Below are positions 45,023 to 54,581 of a stretch of 64,000 nucleotides of DNA, piece by piece. Within the stretch, counting starts at the first letter, position 1; every line of letters begins with the position of its first letter. Source of the DNA: an uncultured Tateyamaria sp. (GTDB taxonomy: Bacteria > Pseudomonadota > Alphaproteobacteria > Rhodobacterales > Rhodobacteraceae). Where the stretch lies: positions 935,580 through 999,579 of the forward strand of contig NZ_CANKXW010000001.1 of the NCBI RefSeq assembly GCF_947487805.1. The letters run 5' to 3'. The position numbers and the translations under genes were made by a program. Below the pieces are notes generated by a model that saw only the letters and a list, made by a program, of their open reading frames with translations, was not told the origin of the DNA and made no database searches.

Positions 45023-48010
45023 ATGTGCCCCGAGTCCGTAAACGACGCCCCCGACTACAAACATACCCTGAACCTGCCCAAGACCGATTTTCCCATGCGT
45101 GCGGGCCTGCCCAAGCGCGAGCCTGACTGGCTGGCGCGCTGGGCGCGGATCGGGGTATATGACCGCCTGCGGGAAAAGGCAGACCTCGCCCGGCAGGGGA
45201 CCGGACAGGAAAAGGCGCGCGCGCCCTTCACTCTGCACGACGGTCCTCCTTATGCCAACGGCCACCTGCATATCGGCCACGCACTGAACAAGACGATCAA
45301 GGACATGATCGTGCGCAGCCACCAGATGATGGGCCGGGATGCGCGTTACATCCCCGGCTGGGACTGCCATGGCCTGCCCATCGAGTGGAAGATCGAAGAG
45401 CAGTACCGCAAGAAGGGCCGCGACAAGGATCAGGTGCCGATCAACGAGTTCCGCGCCGAGTGCCGCGACTTTGCCGCCGGTTGGGTCGACATCCAGCGCG
45501 AGGAATTCAAGCGTCTGGGCATCACTGGCAATTGGGACCAGCCCTACCTGACCATGGATTTCCATGCCGAGCGCGTGATCGCCGAGGAATTCATGAAGTT
45601 CCTGATGAACGGCACGCTTTATCAGGGCTCCAAACCTGTGATGTGGTCGCCGGTTGAGCAGACCGCGCTGGCCGAGGCCGAGGTGGAGTACCACGACAAG
45701 GACAGTTTTACGATCTGGGTGAAGTTCCGGGTGAAACGGAGTGGTGCCAGTGGCCATGACAAGGCCGATGTTGATGAGCGTGCTTCTAGGTTGAGAGGTG
45801 CGTATGTGGTGATCTGGACCACAACACCTTGGACCATGCCGTCGAACAAGGCGGTCGTCTATGGCCCGGACATTTCCTATGGCCTCTACGAAGTCATCGG
45901 GCAGCCCGAGGAGTGCTGGGCCCGCATAGGGGACCGCTATGTCTTGGCCGACAAACTGGCCGCAGACGTGCTGAGCCGTGCTCGGCTAGACGAGTCGATG
46001 TACCGTCGTTTATGTGACGTCACTCACGATGAACTTCGCCATGTGGCGCTTGAGCACCCGCTGAAAGGGGCAGAAGGGGCGGACGGAGCATGGGATGACC
46101 TGCGCGACTTCCGCGCCGCCGACTTTGTGACAGACACCGAAGGCACCGGGTTCGTGCACTGCGCCCCGTCCCACGGGATGGAGGAATACGAGCTTTATCG
46201 CGAGCTTGGCATGCTGGAGCAGGTCATCACCTACAACGTGAACCCCGATGGGCGGTTCCGCGACGATCTGCCGTTCTTTGGCGGCAAGGCGATCCTGAAA
46301 CCCAACGGCAAGGAAGGCAACGCCAACGCCGCCGTCATCGACAAGCTGGCCGAAGTGGGCGGGCTGCTCGCGCGCGGCAAGATCAAGCACTCCTATCCGC
46401 ATTCCTGGCGCTCCAAGGCGCCGGTGATCTATCGCAACACGCCGCAGTGGTTCGCGGCCATCGATCGCCCGGTGGGCGACGGGCAGGACACGCATGGCAG
46501 GACCATCCGCGAGCGTGCGCTGACCGAGATCGACAATGTCAACTGGGTGCCGCGGTCGGGACGCAACCGCCTGCATTCGATGATGGAAAGCCGCCCCGAC
46601 TGGGTGCTGTCGCGCCAGCGCGCCTGGGGCGTGCCACTGACCTGTTTCACCAAGAAGGGCGCGCTGCCCACGGATGACGATTTCCTGCTGCGCAACCCGC
46701 AGGTCAACCGCCGCATCACCTCTGCCTTCGAGGCCGAAGGCGCGGACGCGTGGTACGATGACGGCGCCAAGCAGCGGTTCCTCGAGGGTATCGTGAACCC
46801 CGACGACTATGAGCAGGTCACCGACATTCTGGACGTGTGGTTTGACAGCGGGTCCACCCACGCCTTTGTCCTGCGCGACCGCACGGACGGGTCCGACGAC
46901 GGCACGGCGGATGTCTATATGGAAGGCACCGACCAGCACCGCGGCTGGTTCCACTCTTCGCTCTTGCAATCGGTGGGGACCACGGGCCACGCGCCTTATC
47001 GGAACGTGGTCACGCATGGGATGACGCTCGATGAAAAGGGCCTCAAGATGTCCAAATCCATCGGCAACACCATCGTGCCCGAGGCCGTGGTCAAGCAATA
47101 TGGCGCGGATATCCTGCGACTCTGGGTGGCACAGACGGACTATACCGCCGACCAGCGGATCGGGCCGGAGATCCTCAAGGGCGTGGCCGACAGCTACCGC
47201 CGTTTGCGCAACACGATGCGCTATATGCTGGGCTCGCTCTCCGATTTCTCCGAGTCGGATCGGACCGCACCCGCGGATATGCCCGAGTTGGAGCGTTGGG
47301 TGCTGCACCGCATGGCGGAACTGGATGAGATCGTGCGCGACGGCTATGGCAAGTTCGACTTCCAGCGCGTGTTCTCGGCGGTATTCACATTCGCCACCGT
47401 GGACCTGTCGGCCTTCTATTTCGACATTCGCAAGGACGCGCTCTATTGCGATGGCGATACGGTCGAACGGCGCGCGGCGCGCACGGTGCTCGACCTGCTT
47501 TACCACCGCCTGACGACATGGCTGGCCCCGATCCTCGTCTTCACGATGGAAGAGGTCTGGCTGGAGCGGTATCCCGGCGAGGACAGCTCCGTTCATCTGA
47601 CCGATATCCCCGACACACCCGCCGCGTGGCGCGACGATGCGCTGGCGGCGAAATGGGCGGGCATCCGTGCGGCACGGCGTGCCGTCACCGCCGCGCTCGA
47701 GATCCAGCGCACCGACAAGGTGATTGGCGCCTCGCTAGAGGCCGCGCCGGTGGTGCATGTGGAGGACGCGGACCTTGCCGGAGCCCTTCAGGCGCTGCCC
47801 TTTGCCGACATCTGCATCACCTCGCAGATCGACGTGACCACCGATCCGGCCCCGTCCGAGGCGTTCCGCCTGCCAGAAACCCCCGGCGTCGCCGTTGTGT
47901 TCGAAAAGGCGGCAGGTGAAAAATGCGCCCGGTGCTGGAAAGTGCTGCCGGATGTCGGGAGCCACGCGCATCCCGGTGTGTGTGGCCGGTGCAACACGGC
48001 GCTCGGCTAG
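45023..48010 (+). CDS. ileS: isoleucine--tRNA ligase
   Basis: A 995-aa ORF with ...PPYANGHLHIGHALNK... (HIGH), ...WTTTPWT... (editing domain), ...KMSKSIGN... (KMSKS) and the C-terminal Zn-finger CARCWK...CGRC. Confidence 0.97.
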   Translation: MCPESVNDAPDYKHTLNLPKTDFPMRAGLPKREPDWLARWARIGVYDRLREKADLARQGTGQEKARAPFTLHDGPPYANGHLHIGHALNKTIKDMIVRSHQMMGRDARYIPGWDCHGLPIEWKIEEQYRKKGRDKDQVPINEFRAECRDFAAGWVDIQREEFKRLGITGNWDQPYLTMDFHAERVIAEEFMKFLMNGTLYQGSKPVMWSPVEQTALAEAEVEYHDKDSFTIWVKFRVKRSGASGHDKADVDERASRLRGAYVVIWTTTPWTMPSNKAVVYGPDISYGLYEVIGQPEECWARIGDRYVLADKLAADVLSRARLDESMYRRLCDVTHDELRHVALEHPLKGAEGADGAWDDLRDFRAADFVTDTEGTGFVHCAPSHGMEEYELYRELGMLEQVITYNVNPDGRFRDDLPFFGGKAILKPNGKEGNANAAVIDKLAEVGGLLARGKIKHSYPHSWRSKAPVIYRNTPQWFAAIDRPVGDGQDTHGRTIRERALTEIDNVNWVPRSGRNRLHSMMESRPDWVLSRQRAWGVPLTCFTKKGALPTDDDFLLRNPQVNRRITSAFEAEGADAWYDDGAKQRFLEGIVNPDDYEQVTDILDVWFDSGSTHAFVLRDRTDGSDDGTADVYMEGTDQHRGWFHSSLLQSVGTTGHAPYRNVVTHGMTLDEKGLKMSKSIGNTIVPEAVVKQYGADILRLWVAQTDYTADQRIGPEILKGVADSYRRLRNTMRYMLGSLSDFSESDRTAPADMPELERWVLHRMAELDEIVRDGYGKFDFQRVFSAVFTFATVDLSAFYFDIRKDALYCDGDTVERRAARTVLDLLYHRLTTWLAPILVFTMEEVWLERYPGEDSSVHLTDIPDTPAAWRDDALAAKWAGIRAARRAVTAALEIQRTDKVIGASLEAAPVVHVEDADLAGALQALPFADICITSQIDVTTDPAPSEAFRLPETPGVAVVFEKAAGEKCARCWKVLPDVGSHAHPGVCGRCNTALG

Positions 48011-48060
48011 GCGGAGGGCACCTCCGCCTTACGGACACCCAAAAAGTCCAAAGCAACCAG

Positions 48061-48154
48061 AGGCGCCGCCCAGTGTGGCGCCTTGCTCTTTCTCTTGGCC
48101 AAAAATATCCCGGGGGAGGCCGCAGGCCGGGGGCAGAGCCCCCCTGAAACATCG
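48061..48154 (+). repeat. structured GC-rich intergenic repeat, copy B (its 5' part also works as an ileS terminator-like hairpin plus T-rich run)
   Basis: AGGCGCC-N9-GGCGCCT-TGCTCTTTCTCTT...AAAAATAT-CCCGGGGGA-GGCC-GCA-GGCC-GGGGGC-AGA-GCCCCC-CTGAAACATCG. It has the same architecture as copy A, with compensatory stem changes. Confidence 0.6.
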
Positions 48155-48177
48155 CGTCCGCGCAGCGGTCCTTGGGA

Positions 48178-50370
48178 TCAATAGAAGCTCTGCGGGTCGA
48201 TATCCACGGCCAGCCGCAGATCCCCCTTGAGGTGCACCTGCCCGACCCATTGGGCAATAGCCCCCTGCAACGCCACCCCCTTGCCCGCCTTCACCAAAAG
48301 GCGCACGCGGTGGCGGCCGCGGATCCGCGCAATCGGGGCGGGGGCGGGGCCATAAACCTGCGCGCCCACCCGCGTCAGCGGGGCCGCATTGCGCGCCAGC
48401 GCGTTGGCGGCATCAAAGACCTGCGCCACATCCGGCCCGCTCAGGATAATCCCGGCCATGCGCCCATAGGGCGGCACACCCGCGGCCTCCCGCTCGGCGG
48501 CCTCGGCGCGCCAGAACCCTTCCTCGTCGCCTGCCAGAATGGCGCGAATGACGGGGTGCTCGGGCTGGAATGTCTGCATCATCGCGGTGCCCGGCTTCTC
48601 GGCCCGCCCCGCACGGCCCGCCACCTGCCGCATCAACTGAAACGTCCGTTCCGCCGCGCGCAGGTCCGACCCTTGCAGGCCCAGATCCGCATCGATCACG
48701 CCCACAAGGGTGAGGTTCGGAAAATTGTGCCCCTTGGCCACCAGCTGCGTACCGATGATCACATCCGCCGCTCCGGCGGCAATCCCCTCGATCTCGGCCT
48801 TCAAGGCCCGTGCCGACCCGTACATGTCTGAACTCAGCACCGCCACCCGCGCATCCGGAAAGAGCGCAACGGCCTCTTCACCCAGCCGTTCGACACCGGG
48901 ACCCACCGGGGCCATGCGGTCCTCCGCCTCGCAGGACGGGCATGTGGTGGGCATGGGCTTCGTCTCCCCACACTGGTGGCACATCAGCCGCTTGAGAAAC
49001 CGGTGCTCGACCATCCGCGCATCACATTGATCACAGCCCACCTGATGCCCGCAGGCCCGGCACAACGTGATCGGGGCATAGCCGCGCCGGTTCAGGAAGA
49101 GCATCGCCTGTTCGCCGTTCTCCAGCCGCTGATCCACCGCGCGCTTCAGCGTGTCCGACACCCAGCGGTTGGACGGCAACGTCTCGGTCCGCATGTCAAT
49201 TGTCTGCATCGTGGGCATCACCGCCGGGCCAAACCGCGCCTCCAGATCCAGCCGCGTGTACTTGCCGCTCTCCGCGTTGGCCCAGGATTCCAGCGACGGC
49301 GTGGCCGAGGCCAGCACGACCTGCGCACCCAAGAGCGACGCGCGCAGCACCGCCATATCGCGCGCATTGTAAAGGACACCGTCCTCCTGCTTGTAAGAGG
49401 TGTCGTGCTCCTCATCCACGACGATCAGCCCGAGGTTCTGATAGGGCAGGAACAGCGCCGACCGCGCCCCGATCACCAACTGCGCATTGCCTTGACCGAC
49501 CATGCGCCAGATGCGCCGCCGCTCGGTCATGGTCGCACCCGAATGCCACTCGGCGGGCCGCGCGCCGAACCGCTCCTCGACCCGCTTCAGAAACTCAGCT
49601 GTAAGCGCAATCTCGGGCAACAGCACCAGCGCCTGCCGCCCAGCCGCAAGACAGGCGGCGACCGCCTCCAGATATACCTCGGTCTTGCCCGACCCGGTCA
49701 CACCGCGCAGCAATGTGGTGCCATACGTCCCGACCTTGACCGCAGCGGAGATATGCCCGGCCGCCCGCGCCTGATCCTCGGTCAGCGCCTTGCCGGGGCG
49801 GCCCGGATCCATCGGCGCAAAGGGCAGGTCGCGGGGGCTGTCCTCTTCGGCGACAGCCCCTTGCTTGACCAGTCCCTTGATGACCGACGATGTCACACCC
49901 GACAGGTCCGCCAATTCCTTGAGGGTAAAGGCCAGATCGCCATATTCGGCCAGAAACTCCAGCACCCTGCGGCGCGCGTCGGTCATCCGGTCCGGCTCTG
50001 ACGGGCCGCGCCTGTACACCTTGCGCATCGACGGCGGATCACCCAACCCCGGCGCGCGCGTGGCCAGCCGCAGCATCGCAGGCATCGGCGTCAGCGTGTA
50101 GGCGGCGGCCTTTTCCAGAAAGGTGCGCATCTCGTCCCGCATCGGTGCCACGTCCAGCACCCGCATGACCGACCGCACCTTGGCATAGTCGTAATCGCCC
50201 GTGCCAGCCCCCCACACGACGCCCAGCACCTTGCGCGGCCCCAGCGGCACCTCGACAAAAGCGCCCAAATGACACCCCCCCTCCGGTGCCTTGTAGTCCA
50301 GCGCCCGATCCAGCGGCTGCGTGGTCAGCACCGCGACCAGCGCGCCTTCGTCAAAAAAGGACGGCGTCAT
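48178..50370 (-). CDS. priA: primosomal replication-restart helicase PriA
   Basis: A 730-aa ORF with ...LRGVTGSGKTEVY... (Walker A), ...VVDEEHD... (DExH), and a Cys-rich Zn region ...CRACGHQVGCDQCDARM...CHQCG...CPSC... Confidence 0.95.
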   Translation of the reverse strand: MTPSFFDEGALVAVLTTQPLDRALDYKAPEGGCHLGAFVEVPLGPRKVLGVVWGAGTGDYDYAKVRSVMRVLDVAPMRDEMRTFLEKAAAYTLTPMPAMLRLATRAPGLGDPPSMRKVYRRGPSEPDRMTDARRRVLEFLAEYGDLAFTLKELADLSGVTSSVIKGLVKQGAVAEEDSPRDLPFAPMDPGRPGKALTEDQARAAGHISAAVKVGTYGTTLLRGVTGSGKTEVYLEAVAACLAAGRQALVLLPEIALTAEFLKRVEERFGARPAEWHSGATMTERRRIWRMVGQGNAQLVIGARSALFLPYQNLGLIVVDEEHDTSYKQEDGVLYNARDMAVLRASLLGAQVVLASATPSLESWANAESGKYTRLDLEARFGPAVMPTMQTIDMRTETLPSNRWVSDTLKRAVDQRLENGEQAMLFLNRRGYAPITLCRACGHQVGCDQCDARMVEHRFLKRLMCHQCGETKPMPTTCPSCEAEDRMAPVGPGVERLGEEAVALFPDARVAVLSSDMYGSARALKAEIEGIAAGAADVIIGTQLVAKGHNFPNLTLVGVIDADLGLQGSDLRAAERTFQLMRQVAGRAGRAEKPGTAMMQTFQPEHPVIRAILAGDEEGFWRAEAAEREAAGVPPYGRMAGIILSGPDVAQVFDAANALARNAAPLTRVGAQVYGPAPAPIARIRGRHRVRLLVKAGKGVALQGAIAQWVGQVHLKGDLRLAVDIDPQSFY

Positions 50371-50459
50371 GTTAGCGCCAACATATGAGGGGTTCCGACT
50401 TCACGCCTCTTGAGGTAAACGCTGCATCAGCAAACGCCAAGCCATCAAGGGGGCCGCAT

Positions 50460-51113
50460 ATGAAATTCTTCGTAGACTCAGCCGAAATCGACGCCATCGC
50501 AGAGCTGAACGATCTGGGCATGGTTGACGGTGTCACCACGAACCCGTCGCTGATCCTGAAATCGGGCCGCAACATCCTCGAAGTGACCAAGGAAATCTGT
50601 GATCTGGTCGATGGCCCGGTCAGCGCCGAGGTTGTGGCACTCGAGGCGGACGCGATGATCGCCGAAGGGCGCAAGCTGGCCGAGATCGCCGAGAACATCA
50701 CCGTCAAACTGCCGCTGACATGGGACGGCCTGAAGGCCTGCAAGGTGCTGTCGGGCGACGGTCACATGGTCAATGTCACGTTGTGCTTCTCCGCCAACCA
50801 GGCGCTTCTGGCGGCCAAGGCCGGGGCCACGTTCATCTCGCCCTTCATCGGGCGTCTGGACGATATCCACATCGACGGGCTTGAGCTGATCGAGGATATC
50901 CGCACGATTTACGACAATTTCGGCTTTGAAACCGAGATCCTCGCGGCCTCCATCCGGTCGGTCAACCACATCCAGGATTGTGCCAAGATCGGTGCCGACG
51001 TCATCACCTCGCCCCCGGACGTGATCAAGAAGCTGGCCAGCCATCCGCTGACCAATGCAGGCCTTGAGCAGTTCATGAAGGATTGGGCTAAGACAGGCCA
51101 GAACATTCTGTAA
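50460..51113 (+). CDS. fsa: fructose-6-phosphate aldolase / short transaldolase (FSA/TalC family)
   Basis: The start is ATG 50460. [32 protein letters not shown]...VKLPLT...[11 protein letters not shown]... includes the Schiff-base Lys context. Confidence 0.92.
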   Translation: MKFFVDSAEIDAIAELNDLGMVDGVTTNPSLILKSGRNILEVTKEICDLVDGPVSAEVVALEADAMIAEGRKLAEIAENITVKLPLTWDGLKACKVLSGDGHMVNVTLCFSANQALLAAKAGATFISPFIGRLDDIHIDGLELIEDIRTIYDNFGFETEILAASIRSVNHIQDCAKIGADVITSPPDVIKKLASHPLTNAGLEQFMKDWAKTGQNIL

Positions 51114-51396
51114 AATCAGGAGGTTCTGGCCCGCCTTAGCAGCTCGCGCAAAGCATCGGGGCCCAGAGGGAAAATTTGGGTCCCCAGTTCGTGAGTGATG
51201 GCTTTGACGGTCTGTGTCATGGCGCTGATATGCCAGCGCCATCGCCTCCTTTCACGGGGAGAAGACAGGCCCGCTTCCCCATGGTTGACGCGATTGCGCA
51301 ACAGCCTGCGGGAATCGGGTGAAATTTATGCAACTTCGGGGCAGATTTTCCCAACCCGGTGTGCTACCAAATCGCAAAATAAGATTTGAGTACGGT

Positions 51397-52104
51397 ATGA
51401 GCAGCCAGCCGAAAATTGACGACGCCTTGCGAGAGGCGATTATTTCCCGACCCGATGTCATTCTTGACGACAAGGATCTGATGCACGCCCTGATTGCGGC
51501 CAATGAACGGGCCATGGGCGGCAATATCGTCGATCTGCGTGGCCTTGCCATGGAACGGCTCGAGGCGCGGCTTGATCGTCTCGAGGACACGCACCGCTCG
51601 GTGATTGCTGCGGCCTACGAGAATCTGGCCGGCACCAATCAGGTGCACCGCGCCATCCTGCGCATGCTCGACCCGCTGGAATTCGAGGGGTTTCTGCGCG
51701 ATCTGGGCGGCGAAGTGGCCGAGATCCTGCGCGTGGATGTGGTCAAGCTGGTGCTTGAATCGGTGCAGAACGATCAGGACCCCGCGGTTCAGCGGCTGGG
51801 CGATGTGCTCAACGTGGCCGAGCCGGGCTTTATCGACAGCTACCTGACCTATGGGCGCGGCGGCACCGTGCGGCAGGTCACCCTGCGGCAGGTGCAGGAT
51901 GCGGACCCGGCGGTTTACGGCGATGATGGCAACTGGATCCGGTCCGAGGCGTGCCTCAAGCTCGACTTTGGCGACAAGCGTTTGCCGGGCCTTTTGGTGA
52001 TGGGGGCCGAGGATCCGCACATGTTCGGGCCGCAACAGGGTACCGACCTGCTGGCCTTTTTCACCGGTGTGTTCGAACGGGCGATGCGGCGCTGGCTGGG
52101 ATGA
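51397..52104 (+). CDS. DUF484 (YigA-like) family protein
   Basis: The start is ATG 51397 (MSSQPKIDDALREAIISRPDVILDD...). It is the classical partner immediately upstream of xerC. Confidence 0.82.
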   Translation: MSSQPKIDDALREAIISRPDVILDDKDLMHALIAANERAMGGNIVDLRGLAMERLEARLDRLEDTHRSVIAAAYENLAGTNQVHRAILRMLDPLEFEGFLRDLGGEVAEILRVDVVKLVLESVQNDQDPAVQRLGDVLNVAEPGFIDSYLTYGRGGTVRQVTLRQVQDADPAVYGDDGNWIRSEACLKLDFGDKRLPGLLVMGAEDPHMFGPQQGTDLLAFFTGVFERAMRRWLG

Positions 52105-52144
52105 CTGCGCCGGGCCGTCCGATGTTCCCGCAACGGGGGATGCC

Positions 52145-53083
52145 ATGACCGAGACGCCCAACAGCACCATGATTTCGCCCGCTGCGCGCGACGCGTTGGA
52201 AACCTTTCTCGCACATCAACGCAGCATCAAGGGCGCGGCCGAGAACACGACGCTTGCCTATGGCCGCGACATCTCAGAATTCCTTGCGTTCATGACCCTG
52301 CATTCCGGCCAGACCCAGGGTTTGGGCGCGCTGGCCAAGATCAGCACACAGGACATGCGCGCGTGGATGGCGCGCACCCGGTCCGGGGGCGTTGGCGCAC
52401 GGTCGCTGGCGCGCAAGCTGTCCGCGGTCAAGGCGTTCTACAAGTGGCTGGCCAGCCGCGAGGGGTTCGAACCCACCGCCGTGCTCAGCACCCGGTCGCC
52501 CAAGTTCACCAAGAAACTGCCGCGCCCGCTGGCCGAGGATGCGGCGCGTGACCTGCTCGAAATTACGCCGCTGCAATCGGACAAGCCGTGGGTCGGGATG
52601 CGCGACACCGCCGTGCTGACGCTGCTTTGGGGCTGCGGGCTGCGGATATCCGAGGCGCTGTCGCTGACCGGGGGCCAGGCCCCGCTGCCGCAGGTGCTGC
52701 GCATCACCGGCAAGGGCGGCAAGGAACGTATCGTGCCGGTCATCGATGCGGCCCGCGACGCGGTGGATGCCTATGTGGCCGCCTGTCCCTATGACCTGCC
52801 TGGCGATGGGCCGCTCTTCCGCGCGATCCGGGGCGGGGCGCTGGCCCCGCGCGCGATCCAGAAGGTGATGGCGCAGGGCCGGATGCAACTGGGCCTGCCC
52901 GCTTCCGCCACCCCCCACGCCATGCGCCACAGCTTTGCCACCCACCTGCTGAACGCAGGCGGCGACCTGCGCGCGATCCAGGAACTTCTGGGCCACGCGT
53001 CCCTGTCCACGACCCAAGCCTACACGGCCGTCGACACCGTGCGCCTGATGGACGTCTACGCCCGCGCCCACCCCAAGGCCTGA
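52145..53083 (+). CDS. xerC: site-specific tyrosine recombinase XerC
   Basis: ...GLRISEALSL..., ...HAMRHSFATHLL..., ...LLGHASLSTTQAYT... give the R-H-R-Y catalytic context. The DUF484-xerC synteny matches the chromosomal dif system. Confidence 0.9.
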   Translation: MTETPNSTMISPAARDALETFLAHQRSIKGAAENTTLAYGRDISEFLAFMTLHSGQTQGLGALAKISTQDMRAWMARTRSGGVGARSLARKLSAVKAFYKWLASREGFEPTAVLSTRSPKFTKKLPRPLAEDAARDLLEITPLQSDKPWVGMRDTAVLTLLWGCGLRISEALSLTGGQAPLPQVLRITGKGGKERIVPVIDAARDAVDAYVAACPYDLPGDGPLFRAIRGGALAPRAIQKVMAQGRMQLGLPASATPHAMRHSFATHLLNAGGDLRAIQELLGHASLSTTQAYTAVDTVRLMDVYARAHPKA

Positions 53084-53213
53084 CGCAAACGCCGCGCATT
53101 TTCACGGAATTGTGCATGAAAGGTGATGCGGAATCGCACCCGCGCTGTGCCAAGGTGCGGCACGGCATACCGCCGCACACCTATAACGCCACTTTCGGGA
53201 GGGGACCCCCAAA

Positions 53214-53795
53214 ATGATCCGCAAATTCGCGCTCGCCGCTGCACTGACCGTTGCCGCAGGTGCCGCCAGCGCCCAGGACTGCACCGCCATCACCGTCGAA
53301 GACGCCTTTGACCTCGATGAGGCGCAGATCAACGTGCTTTACGATTGCCTTCAGGAAAAAATGGCGACCGGCTATGCCAAGGAAGGTGACGAAATCGGCG
53401 CGAACTATCGCAGCTGGGCACCGACAGCCAGCCGCCCCGCCGTTGCCGGTCCGCACGGCAACCGCCTGCTGAACACCTATGCCAACGACATCGCCGCCGA
53501 ACAGTACCTCAAGTTCGAAGAAGAAGGGTTCGAGATGCCCGTGGGCTCCGTGCTGGCCAAGGAATCGATCACCGTCTCGATCAAGAAAAAGGCCGCGCGC
53601 CCCGGACCGCTGTTCATCATGACCAAGGTCGGCCTGGACGAGGCCCCCGATACCGCCGGCTGGCTCTATGCCGGGTTGCAACCCAACGGCAAGGTGATGA
53701 AGGTCAAACAAAGCTTCTGCCATGATTGCCATGTCGGTTGGGAGGCACAGGATCACCTGGGCTATCCGCTCGAAGAGGTGCGTTTGGGTCAATAA
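53214..53795 (+). CDS. secreted mono-haem protein, probably cytochrome P460 family
   Basis: It has a signal peptide (MIRKFALAAALTVAAGAASAQ) and a single C-terminal haem motif CHDCH preceded by ...AGWLYAGLQPNG... The family assignment is from memory of the P460 layout. Confidence 0.65.
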   Translation: MIRKFALAAALTVAAGAASAQDCTAITVEDAFDLDEAQINVLYDCLQEKMATGYAKEGDEIGANYRSWAPTASRPAVAGPHGNRLLNTYANDIAAEQYLKFEEEGFEMPVGSVLAKESITVSIKKKAARPGPLFIMTKVGLDEAPDTAGWLYAGLQPNGKVMKVKQSFCHDCHVGWEAQDHLGYPLEEVRLGQ

Positions 53796-53824
53796 GACCG
53801 CACGCCCTTGTGGCCCAAACCCGG

Positions 53825-53852
53825 ACCGCGCTGGCCCCGTCAGCGCGGTTTT
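53825..53852 (+). terminator. intrinsic terminator
   Basis: ACCGCGCTG-GCCCCGT-CAGCGCGGT, a perfect 9-bp stem followed by TTTT, lies about 30 nt after the stop of the haem protein gene. Confidence 0.7.
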
Positions 53853-53891
53853 GCATTTGCAACCGGGCGGGGGCTGGTACATGACGGGGCC

Positions 53892-54581
53892 ATGACACAG
53901 CAATTCCGCGCCCTGAGCGTTCACCTTTTGACGGCCACAGGCGCCGTGTTTGCCATGTTGGCCATGCTGGCCGCCGTCGAGGCCAAGTGGGACCTGATGT
54001 TTCTGTGGCTCGTGGTGGCATTTGCGGTGGACGGGATCGACGGGCCGCTGGCGCGGAAATATGACGTCAAGACCTATGCGCCCGAGTTCGATGGCGTTCT
54101 GCTTGATCTGATCATCGACTACCTGACTTACGTGTTCATCCCGGCCTTTGCGCTGTTTGCCTCGGGGCTGATGGCGGGTTGGACAGGGTGGGTCGCGATC
54201 ATCCTGATCACCTTCGCCTCGGCCATGTATTTCGCCGACACAAGGATGAAGACCAAGGACAACTCGTTTTCGGGCTTTCCCGGCTGCTGGAACATGGTGG
54301 TGCTGGTGATCTTTGCGCTCGAGCCGAATTTCTGGGTGTCGCTGGCGCTGGTCACGGTGCTGGCCGTGGGCATGTTCCTGCCGCTGAAATTCGTGCACCC
54401 GGTGCGCACCGAACGCTGGCGCTGGTTGACGCTGCCGATGGCGCTGGCCTGGACCTTCTTTGCCGGGTGGGCCGCTTGGGTCGATTTCCACCCCGAAAGC
54501 TGGGCGCACTGGGGGCTTGTGCTCACATCCGTCTATCTGGTCTTTGCCGGGATCGCCCAGCAACTGATCCCGCAGCGCTAG
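53892..54581 (+). CDS. pcs: phosphatidylcholine synthase (CDP-alcohol phosphatidyltransferase family)
   Basis: The start is ATG 53892. ...SVHLLTATGAVFAMLAML... and the motif DGIDGPLARK...DLIIDYLTYV (the D-G-x2-A-R ... D-x3-D signature) are present. Confidence 0.85.
   Translation: MTQQFRALSVHLLTATGAVFAMLAMLAAVEAKWDLMFLWLVVAFAVDGIDGPLARKYDVKTYAPEFDGVLLDLIIDYLTYVFIPAFALFASGLMAGWTGWVAIILITFASAMYFADTRMKTKDNSFSGFPGCWNMVVLVIFALEPNFWVSLALVTVLAVGMFLPLKFVHPVRTERWRWLTLPMALAWTFFAGWAAWVDFHPESWAHWGLVLTSVYLVFAGIAQQLIPQR

Noticed and set aside
44769-48154. The inverted repeats around ileS might define a composite transposon or mobile cassette.
   Set aside because: There is no transposase or integrase between or beside the repeats. 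ileS is an essential housekeeping gene. The repeats are short hairpin elements of REP type rather than terminal inverted repeats with target-site duplications.
51116-51219. A small minus-strand ORF (MTQTVKAITHELGTQIFPLGPDALRELLRRARTS) lies in the 283-nt fsa/DUF484 spacer.
   Set aside because: It is short, has mediocre codon bias, no clear ribosome-binding site and no family resemblance. It cannot be supported from sequence alone.
52145-53083. The tyrosine recombinase might mark an integrated phage or island.
   Set aside because: It sits directly after a DUF484 (yigA-like) gene, which is the standard chromosomal xerC context. The flanking genes are housekeeping, and no att-like repeats or phage genes are present.
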